A DNA stretch of 20,000 bases from IMG/VR virus record IMGVR_UViG_3300008110_000081. One strand, written 5' to 3'. Source of the DNA: an uncultured virus (IMG/VR IMGVR_UViG_3300008110_000081). Lineage: Duplodnaviria; Heunggongvirae; Uroviricota; Caudoviricetes. Position 1 is the first letter of the stretch. Each line of letters starts with the position of its first letter. The position numbers were made by a program, and so were the translations under genes. The notes beneath the pieces were generated by a model. The model did no database searches. It saw nothing but the letters and a program-made list of their open reading frames with translations, and was not told the DNA's origin. Shown here one piece after another: positions 1 to 9,123 of the stretch.

Positions 1-1
1 G

Positions 2-2410
2 TTGCAATGCTGTTTGATTAGCTTGTTCAGCCATTTGCTGTTCATGCTGCATTTGTTCCTGACGTTGAGCTTGAGCTTTTCTATCAGTTTCTTTTAATAC
101 ATGATTAACCTCAGCTAAGGATTCAGCCTGCATAACATTACCTAGGTCAAAGATTGTTGCTCCTGTAGTATTGTTGCCAATAACCATTTGTTTCATCTGT
201 TCAAGTATTGCTCTCTGGTTGGCCTTTGTTGTACAGAAGATATTAAGATCTCTCAGTAATAAGTCAGTACCGTTCATCTCAAAGTTAACTTTCTCATCAG
301 TGCTTGTGATATACTGCAAGCGTAATGATGGTTTTGAGGAATGATAAAACTGCGCTAAGTCAGTTCTCATCTGATGTACGCGTGGCATCAAATAATCACA
401 GTGTTGCATGAAGTAAGTTTCCGTCTGGGCGTACGAACCGGTTACAGCCTGTTCAATACCTTTAGCGGTCTCTGTTTGACCTATTTGCTGACCCAGACGT
501 TGAGGTGTGATACCTATCACCTCAAAACATTGTTGTTTAAAATAATTAGCCATTTGAATCCTGGACATCATACGATTTGTTTGCTCAAGATTTAATGTCT
601 GGAAGTGTTGGAAGTTAAGTGCATTTTCAGTGTTAGTGATGGATGTATCCAACGGTAACATCTGGAAGTTCTTCATTGCAACATAGGCTTTGGCCAAGTT
701 GTTCTTACCCCAGTCTTCATTCATAGAATGTCTTGGCAAAGCATTCTGATCTAACAGAATCACAGTACCTAATTCATCTACTAAGATATCAGCTATCTGG
801 TTATTAACAATGTTGTATCCAATTTGGAAAGGCTTCATTAAGTCAACCATTGCTGTTGATCTAGTATTACGATCAGAGAATACAGCTCCTTCTACAGGAA
901 GTTTACAGCCATACAAAGTTTTATCTCCTTTGAACTGAAACTTTAATGGTCTAATTGTGTTGCTATCAATACCTAAGTACATTGGATTAATACCACCTGG
1001 GTTATTCATACCCCAGAAGGAAGGATGATTAGGGCCAATTTTAATACCGCCCCATACTTCATTAATCCAGATCCAATCAATGTGTTCTCCAAAGACAAGA
1101 TTATCTTTAGTTTTGTTTTGCATTAACCGTGTATTGTACACAGGCTTATCAACTATTTTGTAACTTTCATCAATGATGTCTACAATGGTCTCTCCGTTTT
1201 CAGTAATCTTAGTAAGATGTCCTACCTTACGTTGAGACTTCCAGTAAGCTGTTGTAACACGGAGCAAAAAGGCAGCTCCCATCGGAGCATAGTCTTCTCC
1301 TTCAGCCATGATCCAGTTGATAATGTCTCCTCCGGGAGCAATAGAATTATCCCACATTGAAGTGTATTGACGGTAAGCTAAACCAGGCATATTAACGTTC
1401 CAATCATGATTTTTTGTAGCATCATAGTAAGAACCATCATTCTGATATCCTTGTAATGGATAACCTGCAGATCTTACTGGATAAATTGCTTCAATAGATT
1501 CTAGTTGTTCTTGGGTCATCATGTAACCGTACTTGTCAATTACATCAGAGATAGTCATCATATCAATACGGCCAACCCAGTTACCTTGAGAAATGTACCT
1601 TGCTTCTGGTGACTTGTGATAAAAAGTAGTTACTGGATTCCAAAGCTCAACATCATAATCATCTTCCATCATGCGCATGTGCCAGAACTCTCTATCGGTA
1701 ATAAGCATATCTCTAAAAGCTCTTTCCTCAAGTTCATCCATTCTAAATCTTTCCTCATCAACTTTCATCTGATGAGCAGCCCATTGCTCACACATGCTCC
1801 TGTAATCTTTATCAAAGTAATTTTGTATCTCAGGAAGAGTCTTAAGATTTTCAGGATTCATTTGTTGTTGCATTTGCTCTTGCATTTGTGGATCATTCAT
1901 ATCCATTCCTTGTTCAAGCATCTGAGCTAATAACTTTTGCTCAGCTTTTGCAAATAAAACATCTTCTACTTGTTTACGTTTTTCTTCTAGCTGCTCATTA
2001 TAAGTAAACTCATCAACCCCGCGGAAGGTTGCCTTAGTATTTCTTTTAGCAAACTCAGATACAAGCACGTTAACCACATTAGGAATAATAGGATAAAACT
2101 TAAGTTCTAAAGCTGTAGTATCTTCTTGGATAAGAGTTTCAACTAAGTCTCTCATCTCATTGTCATCTTCAACAATGTAATCAGCTTTGTCAATAACTCC
2201 TTTAGCAAGCTTATAGTTTTTCATAAGCCGGCGCGCATTACGGCGGATCTGTTTTAAACCATTCCACTCTAACCAGTCAAGATTCCAGGCTGTCCATTCA
2301 GCATCTTTCTCATCACGTGGAAGAAATTGAACAGGCTGTGTGATACTACCCATACGGTTAGTTTCAGATTTGGCACCAGCCTTAAGTTGCATTGCGTTTA
2401 ATACTTTCAT
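2..2410 (-). CDS. Portal protein, crAss-like (3' end truncated by window edge, >803 aa)
   Basis: Not in the ORF track because it has no stop inside the window. ATG at 2410, 4 nt after the terminase stop. Reads MKVLNAMQLKAGAKSETNRMGSITQPVQFLPRDEKDAEWTAWNLDWLEWNG...LELKFYPIIPNVVNVLVSEFAKR, and the same frame reads ...QEQMQHEQQMAEQANQTALQ at the edge. The YPII..V..L..E...R motif, the size, the Q-rich helical tail and the position after TerL match crAss-like portals. Confidence 0.85.
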   Translation of the reverse strand, partial: MKVLNAMQLKAGAKSETNRMGSITQPVQFLPRDEKDAEWTAWNLDWLEWNGLKQIRRNARRLMKNYKLAKGVIDKADYIVEDDNEMRDLVETLIQEDTTALELKFYPIIPNVVNVLVSEFAKRNTKATFRGVDEFTYNEQLEEKRKQVEDVLFAKAEQKLLAQMLEQGMDMNDPQMQEQMQQQMNPENLKTLPEIQNYFDKDYRSMCEQWAAHQMKVDEERFRMDELEERAFRDMLITDREFWHMRMMEDDYDVELWNPVTTFYHKSPEARYISQGNWVGRIDMMTISDVIDKYGYMMTQEQLESIEAIYPVRSAGYPLQGYQNDGSYYDATKNHDWNVNMPGLAYRQYTSMWDNSIAPGGDIINWIMAEGEDYAPMGAAFLLRVTTAYWKSQRKVGHLTKITENGETIVDIIDESYKIVDKPVYNTRLMQNKTKDNLVFGEHIDWIWINEVWGGIKIGPNHPSFWGMNNPGGINPMYLGIDSNTIRPLKFQFKGDKTLYGCKLPVEGAVFSDRNTRSTAMVDLMKPFQIGYNIVNNQIADILVDELGTVILLDQNALPRHSMNEDWGKNNLAKAYVAMKNFQMLPLDTSITNTENALNFQHFQTLNLEQTNRMMSRIQMANYFKQQCFEVIGITPQRLGQQIGQTETAKGIEQAVTGSYAQTETYFMQHCDYLMPRVHQMRTDLAQFYHSSKPSLRLQYITSTDEKVNFEMNGTDLLLRDLNIFCTTKANQRAILEQMKQMVIGNNTTGATIFDLGNVMQAESLAEVNHVLKETDRKAQAQRQEQMQHEQQMAEQANQTALQ

Positions 2411-2414
2411 AATC

Positions 2415-4622
2415 TTATCTTATATTTTTAAAAGGATTTCTTGGTGCTTGCATGCGACCAGGATTTCCTCTACCTTTTCCAATATGCCGGAAAGGGCTGT
2501 TACTTAATTTAAACAAATTTGCTGACTTTTCCAAGTGTTTTCTGTCAGTATTTTCAACTCTTTTTTTATAACCCCTATTTGCTTGCTGAACTTTAGCAAA
2601 AGCAATCAGTGCTCCTAGTGCTACCAGCCTATCCACGTTTATGTCTGAGTTATAAGCTTGCATCTCTTTCATGGCCATTGGATCAGGAATACGCTCAATG
2701 CCATAATATGTTTTTACAATAGTACCATCATCTTTAGTGTCAACATCTAATTCTTCTTTGAGAAACTCAATAAGATAACTTAAGATGTGATTCTTAAACA
2801 ATGTTCCTGTATTCTTCCAACCATATTCTTGAAACACGTTCCGGTTTGAGGACAACTCTTTCAAGAAAAAGATCTGATCTTTAGGTACAAGATAGCGCTG
2901 TTTGTGCTTACTTATCATGTACTGTATAAACAAAGATACGTTATTTTCTATTAAAGTCCACGAGTTATACCACTCAATTATTAAAGCAAGTCTTTCATGA
3001 GTTTTATTGATGTCATCAAAACGTCCGCACCATGCAGCAACAATCTTATCTCTCTCAATATAAGTCTCTGTTTTATCAGCATCAATCTTAGTTACTTCTA
3101 CAGGATTCTTATAAACGTAAATAGAACATAAAGATTCTGAGGTAGTTGTTTTACCTTCTGACACTGGGTCAATAGAAGCGTAGTAAGTTCCCCACTCTGC
3201 ATTAGGATCAGGTCTTTCCCACACAACTAATGTTCCTGTTTTGTCTTCAGTGTTTTTAGTTATTGGGAATTCAGATATAGGAAGCTTGGTTGTTAGATGA
3301 GGTTCTATTTTACCTGAGGCATCACGTTCAAGATTTATAAACTCGTAAGCATAATCTTTTTCTTCAATACGGCGAGTTTGTGCAGCTACTAAGTTTTGCG
3401 GGAATAGTGATACACTCCTGTAAGCAAATGCTTCAGCAATATTACGCGGATGCTGAGATATACGCAATTGGTATTTTTCTGGTGTAAGATCTTTCTTCCA
3501 CTTTTCAAATTTAGCATTTAAAGATTCTAAGGCTTCTTCAACAAGTGAGTTACCATACTTATCAATATATGGAGGCATTGACCATTGTTCAGGAATAAAC
3601 AAAGCTGATTCTCCTATAGTGCCTTTATCATCAATTAAGTTACTAGTGACAGGGTAGATACTATTCACAACGGGATATATTGTCATTTGCTTCAGTGGCT
3701 CACACTGATCTAAATCACCTACTGTTCCTGCTGCAATAAAGATACCTGTTGTAATATTACCTGATTGTAATGCTGGAAATAAGTACTCAACAGTCTTGTC
3801 CATATGTGGTGCAACACCGGCTTCTTCATAGAAGAAAATACGTACAGCACCACCGACACCTGAGGTATCACTCTTTTCAAAACTCACACCTTGTATTGTA
3901 CCTTTTAAACCTTTTAATGTTGATCTACCATCTGAACCGGTATCTTCAATTTGTTGTTGCCACATTAAAACTTTACTAGGATTCATAGGACGGTACCAAG
4001 CAGTCTTATCATCTAAGAATGACTTATACTCAGTTAAGAACTTCCATGAACCTTTATCATTAATGTAATCTTTTAATGAAGCACCTATCTTAAGGATTGG
4101 TGTTTCCTCAAACCAAATCTGATTAATCATTTTGGCCATATGGTAATAGGAGGAACCAAACTGCCTTTTCTTTAATACGGCCGCGTGCATCCAATGTAAT
4201 TCTGCCAACAACTCATATAGAGCCATGTGATACTGACTATCCCAGATATCTGGAAAATCAAATTTCTTTTTTACTTTATCATTGATTGGTAGGAAATTGA
4301 CCCACATGTAATACTCACGTGGTAAATACCAAGTGTCATTCTTACCTTTAAAAATAACACCGTTACGGCATTTGTTTTTCTGATCATTCCAATAAGCTAA
4401 GAAATCTTTACTGCCCTCAGGATAAGGACAAAAATAACGTAGCTTGTTAAATTTTCTTGCTTGAGTATTAAACTCAAAAGCCGTTTCATCAAAATTGTAC
4501 TGACCAGGTTCTTTAAATAAAGATAAAACAAAATCTTTAAACTCATCCCGTGTATTAAACGTGGTTGTGGACCATTCATCATTTTCCCAAGTAGGAACTA
4601 CTATGTATGGTTTATCATCCAT
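2415..4622 (-). CDS. terL: Terminase large subunit (735 aa)
   Basis: Walker A-like KKRQFGSSY, Walker B FFYEEAG, coupling motif AGTVG, and RNase H-like nuclease acidic motifs SIDPV and DRLVA. Length and adjacency to the portal are typical of crAss-like TerL. Confidence 0.93.
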   Translation of the reverse strand: MDDKPYIVVPTWENDEWSTTTFNTRDEFKDFVLSLFKEPGQYNFDETAFEFNTQARKFNKLRYFCPYPEGSKDFLAYWNDQKNKCRNGVIFKGKNDTWYLPREYYMWVNFLPINDKVKKKFDFPDIWDSQYHMALYELLAELHWMHAAVLKKRQFGSSYYHMAKMINQIWFEETPILKIGASLKDYINDKGSWKFLTEYKSFLDDKTAWYRPMNPSKVLMWQQQIEDTGSDGRSTLKGLKGTIQGVSFEKSDTSGVGGAVRIFFYEEAGVAPHMDKTVEYLFPALQSGNITTGIFIAAGTVGDLDQCEPLKQMTIYPVVNSIYPVTSNLIDDKGTIGESALFIPEQWSMPPYIDKYGNSLVEEALESLNAKFEKWKKDLTPEKYQLRISQHPRNIAEAFAYRSVSLFPQNLVAAQTRRIEEKDYAYEFINLERDASGKIEPHLTTKLPISEFPITKNTEDKTGTLVVWERPDPNAEWGTYYASIDPVSEGKTTTSESLCSIYVYKNPVEVTKIDADKTETYIERDKIVAAWCGRFDDINKTHERLALIIEWYNSWTLIENNVSLFIQYMISKHKQRYLVPKDQIFFLKELSSNRNVFQEYGWKNTGTLFKNHILSYLIEFLKEELDVDTKDDGTIVKTYYGIERIPDPMAMKEMQAYNSDINVDRLVALGALIAFAKVQQANRGYKKRVENTDRKHLEKSANLFKLSNSPFRHIGKGRGNPGRMQAPRNPFKNIR

Positions 4623-4827
4623 TCTTTAAAAGCTTTTTGATCTTTGCTTCATCTCCACCAGTCTTCTGAATAATATCCACTAGTGTATTATGATTTTTTG
4701 AAGTTAGCACATTTTGTAATTCTCCATTGAAGTATTTGCTAATATCTTCTCTTTTAAAAGCGGTCCAGCTTTTAACATAATGGTTGTAGTGAAACAACCA
4801 GTCATACAATTCATCTTTATTGGTCAT
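4615..4827 (-). CDS. Hypothetical protein (70 aa)
   Basis: ORF overlapping both neighbours in the operon; no recognisable motif. Confidence 0.7.
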   Translation of the reverse strand: MTNKDELYDWLFHYNHYVKSWTAFKREDISKYFNGELQNVLTSKNHNTLVDIIQKTGGDEAKIKKLLKNG

Positions 4828-5341
4828 AAGCTAATTTTTTATTTCCGCGTGTACGGCCTTTTAATTCTTCAAGTTCTTGTAAAGCAACCTTTTCAAGTTG
4901 TTTAAATTCCATGATTGTTTTACCAACTGATTTTACTTGTGACTGTAAAGCCCCTATATTACCATCTCTCCCTGTAGTAACTTCAGCAGTTCTTACAAAG
5001 CTACCTAATCTTTCCATCAAACGCTTATTGTCTAGATAATAACGGTATGTAGGAGTTACTGTTAAAGAATCAAGTTTAGTCATAGCAGCTATCATAACCT
5101 CATCTTCTAAAGTGTATTCACCAGGAAAGTCTCCCAGTATAATATCTTCTTTAGCATCTTCTTCTATATTAGCATATGCACTTTCAGGATCAAATTTATA
5201 AAATAAAAAGTTAAATGCTGGAATAGGATTCTCATAAGCATCATGTACAGCTTTAAGTTCCGGTATTGATAAACAATTATGATTTATAACCACTTGTCCA
5301 TTCACTATATCAAAAAATTTTAATGTCATGTCTTTCTCCAT
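4817..5341 (-). CDS. Hypothetical helical protein (174 aa); candidate terminase small subunit
   Basis: Lies two genes upstream of terL. Predicted helical, with a C-terminal amphipathic/coiled-coil segment and a basic RTRGNKK tail. The true start may be the MTLKFF ATG at 5329, which overlaps the upstream stop (ATGA). Confidence 0.75.
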   Translation of the reverse strand: MEKDMTLKFFDIVNGQVVINHNCLSIPELKAVHDAYENPIPAFNFLFYKFDPESAYANIEEDAKEDIILGDFPGEYTLEDEVMIAAMTKLDSLTVTPTYRYYLDNKRLMERLGSFVRTAEVTTGRDGNIGALQSQVKSVGKTIMEFKQLEKVALQELEELKGRTRGNKKLAYDQ

Positions 5342-5520
5342 TTAAAGTGAATACCAATGCATAAAATGCAGATAGTCATATCTACATAATGATCCATTGG
5401 AAATGAGACACCCAAGCACAACCCTGGGTAAATCTGAAAATCTATTTTAATTCTTTTTTTCTTGTTCATTTTTACATTGTTACAAAATAACTCTCTGTGT
5501 TCATAAGGATCATTGCTCAT
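5326..5520 (-). CDS. Small hypothetical protein (64 aa)
   Basis: Translationally coupled (ATGA overlap) to the nuclease gene; hydrophobic beta-like C-terminal half. Confidence 0.55.
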   Translation of the reverse strand: MSNDPYEHRELFCNNVKMNKKKRIKIDFQIYPGLCLGVSFPMDHYVDMTICILCIGIHFKWRKT

Positions 5521-6335
5521 TTTTTCTGTTCTTGAATATAGTTTATCATGTTAATAATCTCTCTTTTTAAATAAGGTGTTTCATAAGGCACAACTGTTTT
5601 TACAACAGGTTCATTATTAGCATCCTTGCGCAGTATGGGATTACCAAATTTGTCTTCACCATCCTTTTCAAAAATTACATGGTGTAACATCATCTTACCT
5701 GGTTTGTAATTAGGATTATGTTTTAAGATCATGTACATATAAGCACTTAACTGTAAAGCATAATGATTAAAGTTGCAATCATCTAAATGAGCGCATGGAC
5801 CCGTCATCTTCTTAGAGATGCCTTCCCAGCTCTTAAAGGATTCTTTTTTAATCTCTTTATTTGTTTTATAATCAATTATGTCCACAGTATCTTTTACTAC
5901 TTCAACTCTATCTGACTGACCACATAGACCTACTGATTTCAAATATACAAAATGTTCTGGATAAATCCCCTCTGTAAGTTTTTGAGACGGTGAATGTTTT
6001 ACACCATTATCATAAATAGGTTTGATAATAGGTATTGCTACACCTTGTCTCTGAATTGTATCAATGCTAAGTAAATCTGATTCACGTTGATCATGATAAA
6101 ATGTACCTGCTGATAAAGCTCTGTCTGTTTCATTTGACCAGTGAGCTTGTATTTCCTCAGGAGGAATACCATACCACTTAGACTTTTTATTCTTAGAAGA
6201 TTTGATTGACTGCGCTACCGGATCAAACTTCTGTTTAAACTGTCCAACAAATGTTGTGACACTCAACCATGTTATACGGTCATTAGGATCTAAGCTCTCA
6301 TACTTATGATCCTCTGCTTTAAATGTTACTGCCAT
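5517..6335 (-). CDS. PD-(D/E)XK (RecB/Cas4-like) nuclease (272 aa)
   Basis: Motifs GTFYH, E (YPEH), GQSD, IIDYKT and HYALQLSAY are the canonical RecB-family nuclease motifs. Confidence 0.85.
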   Translation of the reverse strand: MAVTFKAEDHKYESLDPNDRITWLSVTTFVGQFKQKFDPVAQSIKSSKNKKSKWYGIPPEEIQAHWSNETDRALSAGTFYHDQRESDLLSIDTIQRQGVAIPIIKPIYDNGVKHSPSQKLTEGIYPEHFVYLKSVGLCGQSDRVEVVKDTVDIIDYKTNKEIKKESFKSWEGISKKMTGPCAHLDDCNFNHYALQLSAYMYMILKHNPNYKPGKMMLHHVIFEKDGEDKFGNPILRKDANNEPVVKTVVPYETPYLKREIINMINYIQEQKK

Positions 6336-6861
6336 TATGAGTTATTGTTTGATTGGGTTGATCTTTTAAAACATGATTATAATACCATTTGTGAGAAAGT
6401 TCTTCATCTTGATTTGTTGGTTTATACTCTAATTTTTCTTTATCTTCTTCAGTTAATTTTATATAAAGACTGTGAAATACATCTCTACCTCTTTCTTCAT
6501 CAATCTTTTTTAGAGCTGGATCCATAAGTCTTTCCATTCTTATTTCATCTTTTTCTTCCTCTGTTCTTTTTAAAGCATTAGCAGGCTTAATATGATAAGG
6601 AAGCTCTCCTGTTTTATCTAGCTCATCTATAACATTTTTCATGTGTTCTTCTGCAAATACATTTATTTGAGCATCTTTAAGAAAAGTAGACGTTTCCTTT
6701 TCAACTTTTTCAATACTTGCTCTATTTGGTGGCAAGCCGGTCATCTCACTAATTATTCTTGCTCCTTTACAAGTTGGACAAGGCCAAGTTGATCTAGGCA
6801 ATTCTAATACAAAAGGATCATCTCCTGTACCATTACATATTGGACATTTTTGAAAACTCAT
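6319..6861 (-). CDS. Protein with N-terminal DnaJ-type zinc ribbon (180 aa)
   Basis: CPICNGTG ... CPTCKGAR (CxxCxGxG pair), followed by a charged helical region. Confidence 0.7.
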   Translation of the reverse strand: MSFQKCPICNGTGDDPFVLELPRSTWPCPTCKGARIISEMTGLPPNRASIEKVEKETSTFLKDAQINVFAEEHMKNVIDELDKTGELPYHIKPANALKRTEEEKDEIRMERLMDPALKKIDEERGRDVFHSLYIKLTEEDKEKLEYKPTNQDEELSHKWYYNHVLKDQPNQTITHNGSNI

Positions 6862-6863
6862 GA

Positions 6864-7211
6864 TTAATCTTTTTTAGTTGGTGAATAAGGATCATACTTT
6901 ATTGAATCATAGATTCTGTCTTGTTCTTCTTCTGATAATACAGCTCTCCACTTGGGCCCATTAGGATGTGCACATTCTGCAGCAAGTGATCTTACTTTAA
7001 ATGCTAAGCAACATCCACAAGCTGAACAACAAGGCGCTGTTCCTGGTACCATACAGCTATCACCTTTATTATCAAAAAGGCCGCAGTCTTCACAGATAGC
7101 CAATCTTCTTGTAGCTTCTTCTTCAATCATTTTCTTGTATATCATTCTGTTCCAAAAGCCCTCCCATATCTGAGCTCTGTTCTCCCATATCTTTTTGAGT
7201 TTTTTCCACAT
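6864..7211 (-). CDS. Cys-rich metal-binding protein, DUF6171-like (115 aa)
   Basis: Pattern RLAICEDC...C...CCSACGCCLAFKVR....C......KW, common in small phage Zn-binding proteins. Confidence 0.7.
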   Translation of the reverse strand: MWKKLKKIWENRAQIWEGFWNRMIYKKMIEEEATRRLAICEDCGLFDNKGDSCMVPGTAPCCSACGCCLAFKVRSLAAECAHPNGPKWRAVLSEEEQDRIYDSIKYDPYSPTKKD

Positions 7212-7596
7212 AGCGTTTATGTTTTATTTGTTTTTGTTTTTCACTTTCTTGATTTATTTTTACTTGTAGTTCATTGAGTATGTTTAATCTTTGCTCTGTC
7301 TCTTTGAGTATTGTAAATTTCTGAAAAGACGCAGTCTCTGGGTCATCTGTAAGAGTTTTATATTTGTTGTGAATTCTCTCATACTTGGCTATTGTGTCAG
7401 GTAATCTCCAGGGTTTAGCTTTAAATGTACCAAGACCTTCTAGTATAATATTAGGACTAAGACCTTTAAGCATGGCTTGCTTCACATCTTTCCAGTAGTA
7501 TTCTATAAGCTCTGCTACAAATTTCTCAGTTATGTTAAGCTCATTAGCAACGGGAGCATATAAATCTTTAGGCTTCTTGGGGTTCAACGTACACAA
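7123..7596 (-). CDS. HU/IHF-like DNA-binding protein (157 aa)
   Basis: VANELNITEKFVAELIEYYW...IILEGLGTFK matches the HU/IHF helix-helix plus 'I.L.GFGTF' signature. IHF-like genes are typical of crAss-like structural modules. Confidence 0.7.
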   Translation of the reverse strand: MCTLNPKKPKDLYAPVANELNITEKFVAELIEYYWKDVKQAMLKGLSPNIILEGLGTFKAKPWRLPDTIAKYERIHNKYKTLTDDPETASFQKFTILKETEQRLNILNELQVKINQESEKQKQIKHKRYVEKTQKDMGEQSSDMGGLLEQNDIQEND

Positions 7597-7990
7597 TTTT
7601 ATAGTTTAACAATACAGAACCATTTATCTGAATCTTTAAATCTGGATTAAGACTTATCTTCTTACGTCCTTTACCAGCTTTTACAAGAAGCTTATCTTTC
7701 TCAACTTTAATAAGGACATTCCTTATTGTTTGTGGAGAAGGGTCTGGTTTTCTCTCATTAGGTCTAGAAGGCTTCCAAGTCTTTAATTTTTCTTCAAGTC
7801 TCTTCTCTGCCATTATTGAACAAAATTCTGTGAGTTCTGATTCACCCATTTTACCAAGACTTATTAAGCAATCAAGATCAAGCTCACTCAAGGCTATATG
7901 GTTAATATAGCAGTGAGTGATCAATTGATATCTAATTATGTCATCCAAATCCATTCTGACTTGTTTGTTGACAACGTTTACTTTTGCCAT
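7568..7990 (-). CDS. Hypothetical protein, possible winged-helix DNA-binding protein (140 aa)
   Basis: SPQTIRNVLIKVEKDKLLVK..GRKKISLNP resembles a wHTH recognition helix plus wing. The function is inferred. Confidence 0.6.
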   Translation of the reverse strand: MAKVNVVNKQVRMDLDDIIRYQLITHCYINHIALSELDLDCLISLGKMGESELTEFCSIMAEKRLEEKLKTWKPSRPNERKPDPSPQTIRNVLIKVEKDKLLVKAGKGRKKISLNPDLKIQINGSVLLNYKIVYVEPQEA

Positions 7991-8007
7991 GTTGGTATAC
8001 TGACAGT

Positions 8008-8298
8008 TTAAACTTTAAGCTTACGCTCTTTCTTTTCAGTTTTGTCCACATCTAAATCTGAACCATCCTCAGATTCTTCTGGTGGAGGTGTCATCATTTG
8101 AGCAATTCTGATATTCATACTAATTCTACGAGCTCTTGCTTCTTCAATATCAGCTAGGTATTTCTCATACTCAGCTTGAATTTTTACTAAAGGTAGTTGC
8201 TCCTTGTAATACGCCTGCATGTTAGTGCGCATTTGTTTGATTTCTTCTGGGGTAGGCTCACGCAGGTCTTGCGGATCCATGTTGGTTGTTTCTGACAT
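8008..8298 (-). CDS. Hypothetical coiled-coil protein (96 aa)
   Basis: First ORF behind the promoter at 8327-8358; helical core with an acidic and then basic tail. Confidence 0.75.
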   Translation of the reverse strand: MSETTNMDPQDLREPTPEEIKQMRTNMQAYYKEQLPLVKIQAEYEKYLADIEEARARRISMNIRIAQMMTPPPEESEDGSDLDVDKTEKKERKLKV

Positions 8299-8326
8299 AA
8301 TAAACTTTTTAAATATTAAACTTATA

Positions 8327-8358
8327 CAAATATAATATAAAAAGTTTAAACTTACAAA
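8327..8358 (-). promoter_or_regulatory. Bacteroidota sigma-type promoter (-33 TTTG / -7 TATATTTG)
   Basis: The minus strand reads TTTG-taagtttaaactttttatat-TATATTTG, a perfect TTTG-N20-TAnnTTTG match, in the intergenic gap. Confidence 0.8.
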
Positions 8359-8360
8359 AT

Positions 8361-8909
8361 TTATTTCAGGAAGGGTAAATAGGCTTTAAGGTAACTTTTA
8401 CCTAATTTGATTAAGATCCACAGAGCTAATATACCTGCAGTAATCCAAAACCACCACCAGGTAAATCCATCAAACTTTGTTCTATGCTCAAGTTCACAAG
8501 GCTTTTGTACTGTATTCTCAGTATGACTTTTCTCTATATCTATGATATGATGTTCAAGATATTGGATCTTTGCTTTTAAGGAGTCTGTTTCACACTCTAC
8601 TACTAGTACATTTCCTACTGACTTAATAGTGCTTTTTAAGCCATTTTTTTTACCAGTCTTAATAAAAGGTTTAAGATTACCCAATGAATCACATAATAAC
8701 TTGCATGGATTTTCTAAATAAATTGGTGTGTTTACAATAGTGGGAATATATATAGTAGTATCCTTAAGGACTATAGAGTCTTTCTTGATATAGACTATGC
8801 TATCTTTTCTCTCACAGTACTTAGCTAAGAAGTTGTTCTTCTGCTTTTTAGTAAGCACACAACTACTAAACATTGTTAGGATTAGTAGTAATTTACTCAG
8901 GTTTTTCAT
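8361..8909 (-). CDS. Putative unimolecular spanin (lipoprotein with C-terminal TM, 182 aa)
   Basis: Signal peptide with lipobox MKNLSKLLLILTMFSS-C, beta-rich middle and C-terminal TM WWWFWITAGILALWILIKLG; lies directly downstream of holin-like genes. Confidence 0.7.
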   Translation of the reverse strand: MKNLSKLLLILTMFSSCVLTKKQKNNFLAKYCERKDSIVYIKKDSIVLKDTTIYIPTIVNTPIYLENPCKLLCDSLGNLKPFIKTGKKNGLKSTIKSVGNVLVVECETDSLKAKIQYLEHHIIDIEKSHTENTVQKPCELEHRTKFDGFTWWWFWITAGILALWILIKLGKSYLKAYLPFLK

Positions 8910-9123
8910 CTGTGAAAAAGTTAGTTAAGAATTTACCAGCTATACCTACTACCAAAGCTGCTCCTATAAACATCTTCAGTTCTTTAGGAGTGTAGATATC
9001 TTTTAACTGATCATAGGCTAGGATACCACCACCACCTATTAGGCCGGCACATGCTAATAAAGCATCACCTAGTTTTCTCCATTTCTTAGGAGTGGGCTTG
9101 TAGTAATTTTTTAAGGTCTTCAT
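8893..9123 (-). CDS. Putative holin (76 aa, two TM segments)
   Basis: Basic N-terminus (YYKPTPKKWRK) followed by two hydrophobic helices; overlaps the spanin start. Confidence 0.6.
   Translation of the reverse strand: MKTLKNYYKPTPKKWRKLGDALLACAGLIGGGGILAYDQLKDIYTPKELKMFIGAALVVGIAGKFLTNFFTDEKPE

Noticed and set aside
374..1930. Plus-strand ORFs 374-595 and 1616-1930
   Set aside because: Antisense shadows of the portal reading frame, with no protein-like features.
2415..4622. Intron or intein in terL
   Set aside because: Continuous ORF of normal length, with no intein splice motifs or homing endonuclease noticed.
5517..6335. Nuclease as Cas4 of a CRISPR system
   Set aside because: It lacks the four-Cys Fe-S arrangement of Cas4 and sits in a packaging operon; a stand-alone RecB-like nuclease is the simpler call.
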